Shown piece after piece: positions 20,937 through 31,076 of a stretch of DNA of 64,000 nt. The DNA lies in contig OZ250186.1 of NCBI GenBank assembly GCA_965238275.1, positions 864,001-928,000 of the forward strand. Direction: 5' to 3'. Position 1 is the first letter of the stretch, and each line of letters opens with the position of its first letter. The stretch is from Nitrosopumilus sp. (GTDB taxonomy: Archaea; Thermoproteota; Nitrososphaeria; Nitrososphaerales; Nitrosopumilaceae). A program made the translations under genes and the position numbers. The notes beneath the pieces were generated by a model, which was not told where the DNA came from, did not search any database, and saw only the letters and a list, made by a program, of their open reading frames with translations.

Positions 20937-23672
20937 AGACATAATCCGTAATTAGAAATTGTGCATATTTTCCTATATTGTGTAGGTTTTTTGACTCCTA
21001 CCCGATTGCTTCCCGGACTAGGAGAACCCTGAGGTTGGCAAATCCGCAAACGATGTCATTGATGGTGTCATATTTTTTCAGGCGGTTTCGGTAGACACCG
21101 CCCATTATGCGAAACCGTTTGACCCTGCGGATGGCGTGCTCCACATACACCCGTACCTTTGAGTGTTTTTTGTTGAATTCCTTCTGCTCGGGGGACAATT
21201 CTGCACCTTTTTGCTTCTTGTACGGCACTACGGCATCCCGGTCAGGAAACTCCTTGTTGATCCCCTGGTATCCGCCATCCAGGATCTCTCTGACCTTGAT
21301 CCTTTTCTTGTCCTTGCTCCCGTCCTTGCGTGGAAGGTTGTCAGGGAATGTCGGGTGTTTCTTTTTGAATACTGCAAAGTCGTGGATCCTGCCCGGGGAA
21401 TGCCGGGTCTTGTGAAGGATGAGGCCGTCCGTGGCCGATGTGTACTGGACCTTGGACGTGTGCCTGTGTGCCTTGCCCGAGTAGTGGGACCGTTCCATGT
21501 CCTTGCGCCCGGGACGTTGTATCTGCTGCTCGGAGGCATCAATCAGGGCAGTCAGGCCCGGAATGATCTCCTCAAGATCGTCAAGCGTCTTGGTGGCCTT
21601 GATGCTGGCGTAGATCTTTGACGGAAGCGGAACGCACTGCCGGATCGACGGCTCCAGTGCCCCCATGCTGCGGGACACGCTAGCCTGGCCCACCTGAAAC
21701 ACCATGGCAAGAAGATCCTGTGTGGCGTATGTCCTGTAATAAAACAGGACCAGAAGAAACCTGTTTTTGTAACTGTGTAGTTTTTTGATCAAATGGTGAA
21801 TTCCATGCCTACAAAAAACTATGTATTTTTTTTAACATGGAACCAGATTCTCGCGCAGGACCGTGCAAAAATCATCTCCCCTTGCCTTGCATGTCTGCTT
21901 GATGCTCATCAGCACGGCAATCGCGTCTGCGCCCTTCTTTGACCTGCTCCCGTTGCTGTTCTTGCGAAGAATGACGTACGGCCTGATGGCCCGCTCTGCC
22001 CGGTTGTTGTGGTATTCGACATCGTCTGTCTCCAGAAACGCAAACAGGTGATCCCTTTCCCGCACCAGCCTCTTGCGCATCCTGTTGCAGTGCTTGCAGT
22101 CGCGGTCCTTCTCGAGCCTGCCTATCAGGAACGCGATGCGACGGTCCAGCCTCTTCTTTGTGGCAAGCGCGTCTGCTCCTCCCGGAATGGCACCGTCGAC
22201 GTGCGAGTCCCACAGTATGCTGCGCAGCGTCCTTGCGTGCCGCCGGTAGTCCTGGCCGGGATTTTTGTATCTCAGGGTGTCCTTGATGTCCCGGGCGTAA
22301 TGCAGGTGGCACTTTTGGTGCATGGTTCCTATGACGTTCCACGCTCCCCACGAGTCAGACGTCACGCATCCCGAATAGTCCTTGCCAAGCATCTTTTTTG
22401 GAACCTTCGAGTTCCTGCGGCGGTGTACCTCGTAGATTACGGCGTACTTTGTTACCACCGCCCACAGCCAATAGTTGGTGCCGTTGACGCGCCAGACAGA
22501 CTCGTCCCCATTTATCGCAGGCGAGCGCCTCACCTCCTCCTTGATCTTCTCGTACAGCGGCCCAAGCTCCCGTGCCATCCTGCACACCATGCGGTTTATG
22601 GCAGATTCGGTGATCCTTGCAGAGTACGTTAGCAGGACAATCTGGCATATCCTGAGGTCTGACATGCCGTGCAGCCTGAGGATGACCATCATTATCATAA
22701 AGTTGATCCCGTACCTGGAGTTTGGCAGTGCCAGCGGGGTCCTGCCGGACACGGTCTTCTTGCAGTTCCTGCAGCGCCTTCTCTTTACTGTCACCTTGAT
22801 GTGCTCTAGTTCCAACTGGCAGCCTCCCTTACGACCTTTGTGTACGTGGATACGCACTCGGAGAGGTCGGAGCTGCCGCAGTTGTCGCACGTGTGGGGAT
22901 CTGCCGTCTCCTCCGCGTCTATTCTTTCAGGACGCCTGAGGCCGGTACGTCTGTGGTCGCTTGACTTGCCCTTGGCCTTTGTGCGGCGTCTGGCACCGCC
23001 GGTCTTTTTGTCAGGTTTTGCGCCGATGCTCCTTGCAACGGCAGCCGATATGACGCCCTTTGCTTCCTGCAACTCTGCCGTGAGGTGGCTGTCGGAAGTA
23101 AAGATCAGCGAGATTGGCCAGCTGACGGTCTGGCCAGCTGCCCTGCCATCATCTCCACTTTTTCCTCCAGTTCTGCAATCCTTGACTCGGAATTATCATC
23201 AGGCATAATGCAAACCCTGATGATCTAAAAATTAATAAATCAAGGATTAAAAATAGTTTCAAAAAAAACTACACAGACGTTTGTAGGCATGGAATTCAAC
23301 GTTTGATCAAAAAAACACAGTTACCTGTTTTTCAGATCCAGTTTCCACCTGCGTCCGGCACCAATGCCGCGCACCCTGCTTCTTTTGGAGAGTCGCTTTT
23401 GCTCTGCCCTGGGGTATTTTTTTGCCAGCCGCCCTGCCACCAAATTAAATTCGGAGACTGTCAGTCCAGTGCACCGGATGAACAGTTTGGGCTTTTTTGC
23501 TAATTTGTCGTATAATGACATGCTTTGACATGGGCAATCAGAATAAAACACGGCTGACGTATAGTTTTGATCATCGGGTAAGTTCGAATTGACATGCAAT
23601 TCCGTGCAATCAACCGGATTTGTCCTGCAATGCGTCCAATCGTGTGGTTATACCCAATTACGGATTATGTCT
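20937..23672 (-). mobile_element. IS5-family (ISL2-like, DDE_Tnp_4) element, transposase split by IS66-like insertion
   Basis: 17-bp TIR AGACATAATCCGTAATT and 3-bp TSD CAG. ORF 23521-23325 plus 21760-20998 is 960 nt in frame, with IDASEQ, YSGK, DGGYQG and RVYVEHAIRRVK. Confidence 0.88.
21769..23324 (-). mobile_element. IS66-family (single-ORF) element, frameshifted transposase
   Basis: GTAACTGTGT..TGATCAAA..GAATTCCATGCCTACAAA TIRs, 8-bp TSD CTGTTTTT; GDESVW, SDSW, QKCHLHYAR, NNRAERAIR; ORF broken near 22820 and 23110. Confidence 0.9.
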
Positions 23673-24730
23673 CAGGACTGTGGTATCTGGTGATTCTTGG
23701 CTCTGCCGGGTTTGTATGCGCGTGCCAGCATTACGTCAATTGTGACGGCCTGTGCAAGCACGTGCGGGCAGTGGACGTGTTGCTTGGCCGGATGTGGGAC
23801 CGGTGCAGGAACCAAAATACAATTGTCATTAGCATGCCTCAGACTGCATGCCACCATTGCAAGTCGACTGTGTTTGCACGCAACGGGCACCGACACAACG
23901 CGTACGGGCCGATCCGGCGGTACCGGTGTAAGCCGCGCGGCCGGACATTCTCCGGACGGCCGGGCTTCAAGAAGCGCCATGCCGGCCCAGAGGCGATATC
24001 CCGGGCACTCAGGGAGGCAGCGTACGGGCTGTCCTGCGCTGCGGTGCAGGCAGTGATGGCACAGGACGGAACAACCGTGCATTCAAGCACGATATACAGG
24101 TGGACTGCGCATTATTCGGCGCTGATGGGTGAATATTCAAGGCGGCTGCAGCCGCGCACGGGCTACAAGTGGCACTGTGACGAGATACATTTCAAGGTTC
24201 GCGCGCAGGCGCGGTGGCTTTTTGCCGTCATGGACGGCGCCAGCAGGTTCATACTGTCCCATGACGTGTCTGAGACAAAACTCAACTACAGACCCGCCCC
24301 CCTGTTTGCAGCCGCAAGGAATCTGGCCGGAACCACCCCGTGGGTGCTGGTAACAGACGGCCTGCAGGCGTTTTGTCCTGCCGCCCGCAGGGCGTTTTGG
24401 AGACGCAACGGCTTCAGGCTGATCCACGTCCGGGAGATTCACCTGAAGAACCGCTTCAGTCATAACAACAAGCACGAGAGGCTTAACGGTGAATTCAAGG
24501 ATCGCATCAAGACCGCCCGCGAGTTCGGGACAGAAAGTCCCGCGCTTGTGCGGCTGATGATCGTCCACCACAACTTTTTCCGCCCCCATGGCGGCATTGG
24601 CAAAATTACACCCGCAGAGGCCGCAGGGATCGTCATATCTGGAACGGACAAGCAGATCACCCTCATCAGTAATGCATAGTAGGGGCCAGAGCAATCCGAT
24701 CACCGTGGGTCATTAATTCCACAAATTACC

Positions 24731-25933
24731 ATGTCTCATGGGATAATCTACCCGTCATTACTACAGTCAGATTGCCGCCGAGATACATTCAGATCACAGG
24801 CACACGCCCACGTGCTTATGATGATTGCAGCCGACGGAAAGCAAGGCGTTGCCGAATCAGTCCATCACGCAAAGGCAAGTTCAGTACCGGATTCCAGGCA
24901 AAAGAAGCTCGAGGTTGGATCCCGGTTCATGCCGAACGTGAGCAAAAAGAAGCTGGTGCGGGCGTGCGCAAAAGAGAAGAACAAGCTGGCCAAGATCAGG
25001 CTGCTTGCGTGCATCCTGAGAAAACGGGGACGCAGCATCCGGAATATATGCAAGGAACTGGTCATGCCGTATTCCACAGTGCGCGACTGGCTGGTGCGGA
25101 TGCAGGGACGGGGGTTGAAAGCCCGGTTCAACCGAACGCGCGGGGGCAGGAAAAGCAAGATGCCCAAATCATTTTCCAGGACGGTTAGGGTGTGGCTTGG
25201 CAACAAGCCGAAAAAGTACGGATTCGAGTCAGGCTCCTGGCAGCTCAACTTGATACTGGAGATGATCCGGCGGACGTTTGGACTGGATTGCTGCAAGGCG
25301 CGCACGTTGCGAAGGATGCTCAAAAAGATCGGGTTCTCTTACAGAAAAACCCGGCCCGTTCCGCCCAAATCCGCCTCCAAAAGCGAGCAAGAGGAGTTCA
25401 AGGCAAGGGCCGGCAGGAAGGCGGGGGATCTGGCCAATGAAGGGTATGCCGTGTTCGTCGAAGACGAGGCTGCAGTCGGCATGTCACAGGAACCGGGCTA
25501 CGGGTGGAGGCCCACGGGAGGACGCGACGAGATCCAGACTGGGTTCTCGAAAAAGGCCGTCAGCCTGCTTGGCATCATGGGCACAGACACCCTCTACGTC
25601 CGCATGGCGGATTCTGCAAACTCGGAGACGTTCAAGGAATTCCTCGAGGATGTCCGCAAGAGCCATCCGAAATTCTACATGGTCCTGGACAACGCGTCGT
25701 ACCACAAGTCGCACAAGGTCAGAGAATACGTGGCCGGCACTGGCGGTGACGTCGAGCTGGAATTTCTCCCGCCCCGCACGCCGCAGCTGAACCAGATCGA
25801 AAACGTCTGGAGGGATCTCAAGAGACGGCTGGCAGGCCGGTACTTTGAGTCACCGGAGGAGCTAAAGGCGGCAATAGCGATAATCCTTGAAAAAGAGATG
25901 GGCAACCGACTTGTGGGTTATCTGGTAAATTAG
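24731..25933 (+). CDS. IS630-family transposase (inside IS6-like element)
   Basis: HTH, FVEDEA, MVLDNASYHKS, FLPPRTPQLNQIENVW; start likely downstream (~24929); element ends not clearly resolved. Confidence 0.88.
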   Translation: MSHGIIYPSLLQSDCRRDTFRSQAHAHVLMMIAADGKQGVAESVHHAKASSVPDSRQKKLEVGSRFMPNVSKKKLVRACAKEKNKLAKIRLLACILRKRGRSIRNICKELVMPYSTVRDWLVRMQGRGLKARFNRTRGGRKSKMPKSFSRTVRVWLGNKPKKYGFESGSWQLNLILEMIRRTFGLDCCKARTLRRMLKKIGFSYRKTRPVPPKSASKSEQEEFKARAGRKAGDLANEGYAVFVEDEAAVGMSQEPGYGWRPTGGRDEIQTGFSKKAVSLLGIMGTDTLYVRMADSANSETFKEFLEDVRKSHPKFYMVLDNASYHKSHKVREYVAGTGGDVELEFLPPRTPQLNQIENVWRDLKRRLAGRYFESPEELKAAIAIILEKEMGNRLVGYLVN

Positions 25934-26102
25934 CCACATTAGTGTGAAAATTTATTCTGGCGTGTGGAATAATACGAATCTTTGTTTGCCTGTCGCCTGA
26001 TTTCTGTGCAAGCCGTGGTTTCAACCACGCCAGGTTTGACGAGATGCAGGATTGTATGAATAATTTAGCCAAAGGTGAGCGGATTGTTCTGGCCAATACT
26101 AT

Positions 26103-26172
26103 GCAGCAGCTGCTGCAGCAGCAGCGTAGTCGCAGCAGCAGCAGCAGCAACGGCAGCTGTAGCAACGGCAGC
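26103..26172. repeat. Imperfect (CAG/GCA)n trinucleotide tract
   Basis: gcagcagctgctgcagcagcagcgtagtcgcagcagcagcagcagcaacggcagc. Confidence 0.7.
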
Positions 26173-27108
26173 GACACACGTAGCCCAGACTGGCCTTGGC
26201 GTGATGGATGTCCCATCAATGCATGTCATGGCAATGACTGGGATTATCCATCACAACTGGCAGATTCTCCCTAGAGGAATTATGATTTAATGGGGAATGG
26301 CATAACGGTGCGTAAAACAGCAAGTAAATCTGGAGAAGATCCTGAATTTGTGCCACCAACCGATGATGCAGGAGAACCCATGAATTGAAAAAGATATCAA
26401 ACAGGCAAAAACACAACGAGATCGACATTGCCAGGCGGATAACAAAAGGACTGTCCGTATTGTTCTTGGAAGATCTGGATTTGACCAAGATGAGGCGATC
26501 CTGCGGGGCGGCTTCAAAGACGGGGTTGAACCGCGAGATGGCCTATTCCAGAATGGGCGAGTTCAGGATCCAGCTTGAATGGCAGATGAAAAAGAAAGGC
26601 GGAATTTCAAGACGCGTGGAACACGCACATACAAGCCAGAGATGCGCTGCCTGCGGGGTAGTGGACAAAAAGTCCAGGAACGGCGAATCATTTGTCTGCA
26701 CCTCATGCGGATGGTGCCACCATGCCGACAAGAACGCGGCAAAAAACATTCTGGATAATAACTGTCCCCATACGGAGGAGACTGGCGGCCAAGCCCACGG
26801 GAATCGTGGAGGCACCATTGCAGGTGTCGAGGTCGTCACAAGGCGCGAGGATCACGGATCGGATAGTTCTGGAATGAACAATTCGACAGGTCGGCTTGGA
26901 TCCGACAACGACGACAATATTGGAAGGTCTGACAGAGCGCCGGAAAGAGCATCAGGACACGCTACAGAGAGATCTGTTTGCACGAATTTTCGCTCGCCGC
27001 TATACGCACACGTATAACAAACATGTGTGGCTTTGTCTTGACCCACAACCATGGTCAAGCAGGCTCGTTGAACGAGGAAGCCAACGGCTTTAGTCGTTGG
27101 TAGTTCAC

Positions 27109-27642
27109 TCAGTAGCCAAAGAACCTTTGCAGGTCGCCTTTTTGTGTCACCTCTTCAAGCCAGTCTATCCTGGCGTGCGGCGCATCCCCTGATATTGCAG
27201 ACATGACTGCCGATGTCGACTCGTCTATGCCGGATCCTGTGGTGTCGATCTCAAATGCCTTTTCTCCGAACTTTTCAAGCGAGTATGCTGCAATCACTCC
27301 GAGTATCTCGCTGCCTGCGTTGTCCCTTATCTTCTCCTCGGGGTATCCCCTGGACTGGTACACCCGGACCAGCTCGTACGGGTTTCGCCTTAGTATGATT
27401 ACTGTGCCTGTCTGGCCTGCATCCAGTGCGTACGGTGCCAGGTGTCCCACTATCACTGCCTCGTCTGTGGGGCCCATCATGCTGCCAAGCATGTCTGTGT
27501 CCACCACGCCGTCTGGACCGGCAAGGCCTGCATCTGCTGCCACCCTGTTTGTGTCGATGATGGCATATCCTAGCCTTTTGGCAATCTTTTTGGATATGGT
27601 GTGTTTGCCGACCCCAGGACTTCCCGTGATTACTACTGACAT
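27109..27642 (-). CDS. Adenylate kinase 6/Fap7-like nucleotide kinase
   Basis: ITGSPGVGKHT, IVGHLA, RGY..EKIRDNAGSEILG. Confidence 0.85.
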   Translation of the reverse strand: MSVVITGSPGVGKHTISKKIAKRLGYAIIDTNRVAADAGLAGPDGVVDTDMLGSMMGPTDEAVIVGHLAPYALDAGQTGTVIILRRNPYELVRVYQSRGYPEEKIRDNAGSEILGVIAAYSLEKFGEKAFEIDTTGSGIDESTSAVMSAISGDAPHARIDWLEEVTQKGDLQRFFGY

Positions 27643-27887
27643 GGTGTGGAGTTGATGCAGCCTTGTTAAATCATTTTCAGGTTGGTGACTGAGGCGGCAA
27701 TAGCATGTGTGGCGCAGACGGCCCTTCTCCAAATACGGGTGATGTGTGCTGGCCTGCATCCATGCATCAGTATGCCTGGGAACAAAGTATGTCCAGGATG
27801 GTGCCGTCCATGGACGATCCGGCTGCCACCTGTGCATGAGAACCCCCGCGGCTTAATACTAATAAATAGAATCGTGTTTCTGAATGT

Positions 27888-29075
27888 GTGCAGATAGGTC
27901 TGATAGGCAAGGCAAACGTGGGCAAGTCGACATTCTTCTCGGCTGCAACACAGACTGATGTGGCATCTGGCAACTTTCCATTTACCACGATAGAGCCAAA
28001 CATCGGCGTGGCGTTTGTCAGGACCGGCTGCGCATGCAGGCACTTTGGCATTACGCACCAAAACGATCTATGCGTCGATGGCACCCGGCTTGTTCCGGTA
28101 AAGCTTGTGGATGTGGCGGGGCTGGTCCCCGGCGCGCATGACGGAAAGGGCCTCGGGAACCAGTTTCTTGATGATGCAAGGCAGGCACACGTGCTGGTGC
28201 ATGTGGTGGATGCTGCCGGAGCCACCGACATCCAGGGACAGCCTGTTCCTGCAGGAACGCATGATCCACTTGAGGATGTCGCCTTTGTCCAGGACGAGTT
28301 TGACCAGTGGTTTGCAGACATACTCCGAAGGGAATGGTACAAGGTTATCCGCGAGGTGGACCAAAAGAGGGCAAAGATTGTAGACGGCATTGCAAAGCGG
28401 TTTACAGGTCTTGGAATTACGGATTCGCAGGTGCAGGACATACTGCAGAGGATTGGCCTTATCTCCAAGAATCCAAAGGAGTGGACAGACCCTGACATCA
28501 TGGCATTTGTCAGGGAGCTGAGGAGCGGTACCAAACCCATGATAATTGCGGCAAACAAGGCAGACTTGTGCAGGGACATCTCAATACTTGACAGGGTTGA
28601 ATCGGTTGCAATTCCGTGCAGCGCAGAAACCGAACTGCTTTTGCGAAAGGCATCCGGTGCAGGCATGATAAAATACTCGCCTGGCGACGGGGACTTTGCA
28701 GTACGGGAGGGGGTGAATCCCTCGCCCCCGCAGCAAAAGGCCCTTGATCTTGCACGATCCGTCTTCTCCAAGATTCCGTCTACCGGAATCCAAAAGATAC
28801 TGGACACTGCAGTCTTTGAGAGTCTGGGGTATATCGTGGCGTATCCTGTGGAGGATGAGACAAAACTTACCGACAAGAACGGCAGGATACTCCCGGATGC
28901 AAAACTGCTCCCGCCTGGCTCCACTGCCAGGGATCTGGCAGGACTGGTTCATGCAGATATTGCCAAGGGATTCCTGCACGCAATCGACTGCAAGACCAGA
29001 CAGAGGATAGGGGGCAGCCACGTCCTCAAGGACGGCGACGTAGTCAAGGTGGTATCGACCCTGGGCAGGGGATAG
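27888..29075 (+). CDS. ychF: YchF/OLA1-related Obg-family NTPase
   Basis: GKANVGKST, NFPFTTIEPN, DVAGLVPGA, GLGNQFL, ANKAD, C-terminal TGS. Confidence 0.88.
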   Translation: MQIGLIGKANVGKSTFFSAATQTDVASGNFPFTTIEPNIGVAFVRTGCACRHFGITHQNDLCVDGTRLVPVKLVDVAGLVPGAHDGKGLGNQFLDDARQAHVLVHVVDAAGATDIQGQPVPAGTHDPLEDVAFVQDEFDQWFADILRREWYKVIREVDQKRAKIVDGIAKRFTGLGITDSQVQDILQRIGLISKNPKEWTDPDIMAFVRELRSGTKPMIIAANKADLCRDISILDRVESVAIPCSAETELLLRKASGAGMIKYSPGDGDFAVREGVNPSPPQQKALDLARSVFSKIPSTGIQKILDTAVFESLGYIVAYPVEDETKLTDKNGRILPDAKLLPPGSTARDLAGLVHADIAKGFLHAIDCKTRQRIGGSHVLKDGDVVKVVSTLGRG

Positions 29076-29076
29076 C

Positions 29077-30060
29077 ATGCTGGGATTGGGAATAGAGAGC
29101 ACTGCGCACACGTTCTCATGTGCTGTAATGGAGAGAAACGGGGACCAGGGACGCATACTGTCTGATGTCAGGAAGATATACCGGCCAGAGAAGGGCGAGG
29201 GGATTCATCCGCGGGAGGCATCAAGGCACCATGCCGCAGAAAGTTCGGATGTGCTGGCACAGTGCCTTACAGATGCAGGTGTACGAATAGGGGATCTTGA
29301 CATTGTTTCGTATGCTGCAGGACCCGGACTCGGACCGTGCCTGCGCGTGGGCGCGGTGGTCGCGCGATCGCTTGCGTCATTTTATGACATTCCGATATAT
29401 CCTGTGAATCATGCAATAGGACACATCGAGCTGGGACGATTACTCACCGGTGCAAGGAATCCGCTTGTGCTTTTGGTGTCCGGGGGGCACACCATGCTTC
29501 TTGCGTTTCTAAACAGGCAGTGGCGCGTCTTTGGCGAGACCCTTGACATTACGCTGGGGCAGCTGCTGGACCAGTTCGGACGATCCATCGGGTTTGCCTC
29601 CCCGTGCGGGCCTGACATAGAGAGGCTTGCATCAGACTCGTCCGGGTACGTCCCGCTGCCCTACTCTGTAAAGGGAAACGACGTCTCGTTTTCGGGCCTG
29701 TTGTCTGCTGCAAAGTCTGCAGCGCAGGGCAGCAGAAATGATGCATGCTACTCGCTCCAGGAGACGGCATTTGCCATGATTTGCGAGACAGTGGAACGCG
29801 CCCTGTCCTTTACAGGCAAGAGGGAGCTGATGATAGTGGGAGGGGTTGCGGCAAACAAGAGACTCTCTGAGATGCTAAGGGATGTATGTGCAAGGCACGC
29901 ATGCAGGCTTTTCGTGGTACCGCTAAAGTATGCCGGCGACTGTGGGAGCCAGATATGCTGGACCGGCCTTCTTGAATCCACGGTCAAGGAGGGTACGCCT
30001 CTTGAGGATACCTTTGTCACCCAGTCATGGCGGCTGGACTCCGTGGTTGTGCAATACTAA
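29077..30060 (+). CDS. kae1: KEOPS t6A synthase Kae1
   Basis: GIESTAHT, GIHPREA, GPGLGPCL, NHAIGHIE, VSGGHT, GGVAAN. Confidence 0.95.
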   Translation: MLGLGIESTAHTFSCAVMERNGDQGRILSDVRKIYRPEKGEGIHPREASRHHAAESSDVLAQCLTDAGVRIGDLDIVSYAAGPGLGPCLRVGAVVARSLASFYDIPIYPVNHAIGHIELGRLLTGARNPLVLLVSGGHTMLLAFLNRQWRVFGETLDITLGQLLDQFGRSIGFASPCGPDIERLASDSSGYVPLPYSVKGNDVSFSGLLSAAKSAAQGSRNDACYSLQETAFAMICETVERALSFTGKRELMIVGGVAANKRLSEMLRDVCARHACRLFVVPLKYAGDCGSQICWTGLLESTVKEGTPLEDTFVTQSWRLDSVVVQY

Positions 30061-30091
30061 ACCTTCGACCCGGTACAGGTTGTGCGGGGAC

Positions 30092-30424
30092 TTACACTGC
30101 TGCTGCTGCTGCATCCATTGCAGCCTGGATGGACTTGAGCCAGCCCTTTGTGTTGAATACGCCAAACTTGTATGTCTGGGAACCGTCCTGTGTTTCTGCA
30201 GTAAAACATACCTTCTTCATAAGCAGGCCCTCCTTCCACACCCTTGTAACGTCCCCTAGCGGCACGTCCAGTATGGTATCGCCGATGTGTTTTGAAAAAT
30301 CCATCATCCTTGCGCGGGTCTTGTCAAAGGCCAGCCTCTGGTTTGTCAAGGTCAGGATTCCAAGGCCAAGCTTGTCCTCGCTGCAGTCCTCCTGCTTGAG
30401 CCTCTTCTCCCCATCCTCCATCAA
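30092..30424 (-). CDS. Hypothetical protein (PH/GRAM-like)
   Basis: G.LTLTNQRLAF pattern; antisense between kae1 and bud32. Confidence 0.6.
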   Translation of the reverse strand: MMEDGEKRLKQEDCSEDKLGLGILTLTNQRLAFDKTRARMMDFSKHIGDTILDVPLGDVTRVWKEGLLMKKVCFTAETQDGSQTYKFGVFNTKGWLKSIQAAMDAAAAAV

Positions 30425-30449
30425 CTTTTATTGAATTTCTCTGGTTATA

Positions 30450-31076
30450 ATGTTAATGAAGCTGCTAAAGAGGGGCGCGGAGGCTGACATATACCAGACA
30501 GTCTGGCACGGTGCAGAGGCGATCCTCAAGATCCGCACGCCCCGCAAATACCGCAACCCGGTGCTTGACCTTAGGATACGGAGGCAGAGGACCGTAAGGG
30601 AGTCGCAGATGATATCCCATGTAAAGTCCCTTGGGGTTCCGACCCCGCTTGTCTATTTTGTAAACCACAAGCAGACGTCCATAGTAATGCAGATGATTCG
30701 CGGAACGCCGATTCACGACCTGCCAGAATCCCGGATAGTAGACGCATCCGGAGGTATGGGGAAACTGGTCGGCACGCTGCACAGGAATGGCGTAATGCAC
30801 GGGGATCTTACCACATCCAACTTTATCCTCCTTGGGGACACGCTCTTCATCATCGACTTTGGGCTGTCCCAGAGCACCATAAAGCCTGAGGACCATGCAG
30901 TGGACCTGAGGCTGATCAAGGAGATTCTCAACAGTGCGCATACCCAGGTTATGGAGCAGGCATGGAAGAATTTTCTTGCAGGGTACAAGTCTGTAGTGGG
31001 GCGTCCCCGTTATGCCATGATTACAAGACTGGTCTCTGAGATTGAGGGACGCGGGAGGTACGCCCGGGTTGTCTGA
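30450..31076 (+). CDS. bud32: KEOPS kinase Bud32
   Basis: RGAEA, KYRNPVLD, HGDLTTSN, IDFGL, IEGRGRY. Confidence 0.95.
   Translation: MLMKLLKRGAEADIYQTVWHGAEAILKIRTPRKYRNPVLDLRIRRQRTVRESQMISHVKSLGVPTPLVYFVNHKQTSIVMQMIRGTPIHDLPESRIVDASGGMGKLVGTLHRNGVMHGDLTTSNFILLGDTLFIIDFGLSQSTIKPEDHAVDLRLIKEILNSAHTQVMEQAWKNFLAGYKSVVGRPRYAMITRLVSEIEGRGRYARVV

Larger units (their letters stand above)
20816..24679 (+). pseudogene. IS6/IS240-like DDE transposase with SWIM and Zn-ribbon N-terminus, split by IS5-like insertion
   Basis: 20816-20936 plus 23676-24679 is 1125 nt in frame; CACQH..CKH, CHHC..RYRCK, WHCDEIH, VMD, VTDGL, NNKHERLN. Confidence 0.85.
20517..26378 (+). mobile_element. IS6-like element with ~52-bp TIRs and 9-bp TSD CATGAATTG
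   Basis: GGTTCTCCTGCATCATCGGTTGGTG(A/G)CACAAA(A/T)TCAGGATCTTCTCCAGATT at both ends; TSD at 20508-20516 and 26379-26387. Confidence 0.9.
19619..27004 (+). mobile_element. TIR-bounded TnpB element, copy 1 (interrupted)
   Basis: Ends TATAGTGAAAAGCGAAAGTTCGTGCAA / TTGCACGAATTTTCGCTCGCCGCTATA; homology with 44690-46205 stops at these ends. Confidence 0.8.
19689..27017 (+). pseudogene. tnpB: TnpB split by IS6-like insertion (19689-20516 and 26388-27017)
   Basis: Joining the pieces gives 1458 nt in frame, nearly identical to 44761 onward; GLDLGV, LEDL, CAACG..CTSCG, ADKNAAKNI. Confidence 0.9.
19543..27108 (+). mobile_element. IS200/IS605-type non-autonomous element (PATE/MITE, ~180 bp when empty), outermost layer of the nest
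   Basis: Preceded by TTTAA; left hairpin ATCCCAC..GTGGGAT (19557-19581); right hairpin CCAACGGCTTTAGTCGTTGG (27081-27100) followed by TAGTTCAC; no target duplication. Confidence 0.7.

Noticed and set aside
26044-26274. Poly-Q/poly-S ORF inside the IS6-like element
   Set aside because: Open frames are explained by the CAG tract; no other coding evidence.
19543-27108. Reading copy 1 as an ordinary IS1341/IS605 tnpB element
   Set aside because: Copy 2 has the same tnpB without the hairpin ends, and homology stops at the inner TATAG/CTATA ends, so the hairpins belong to a separate MITE.
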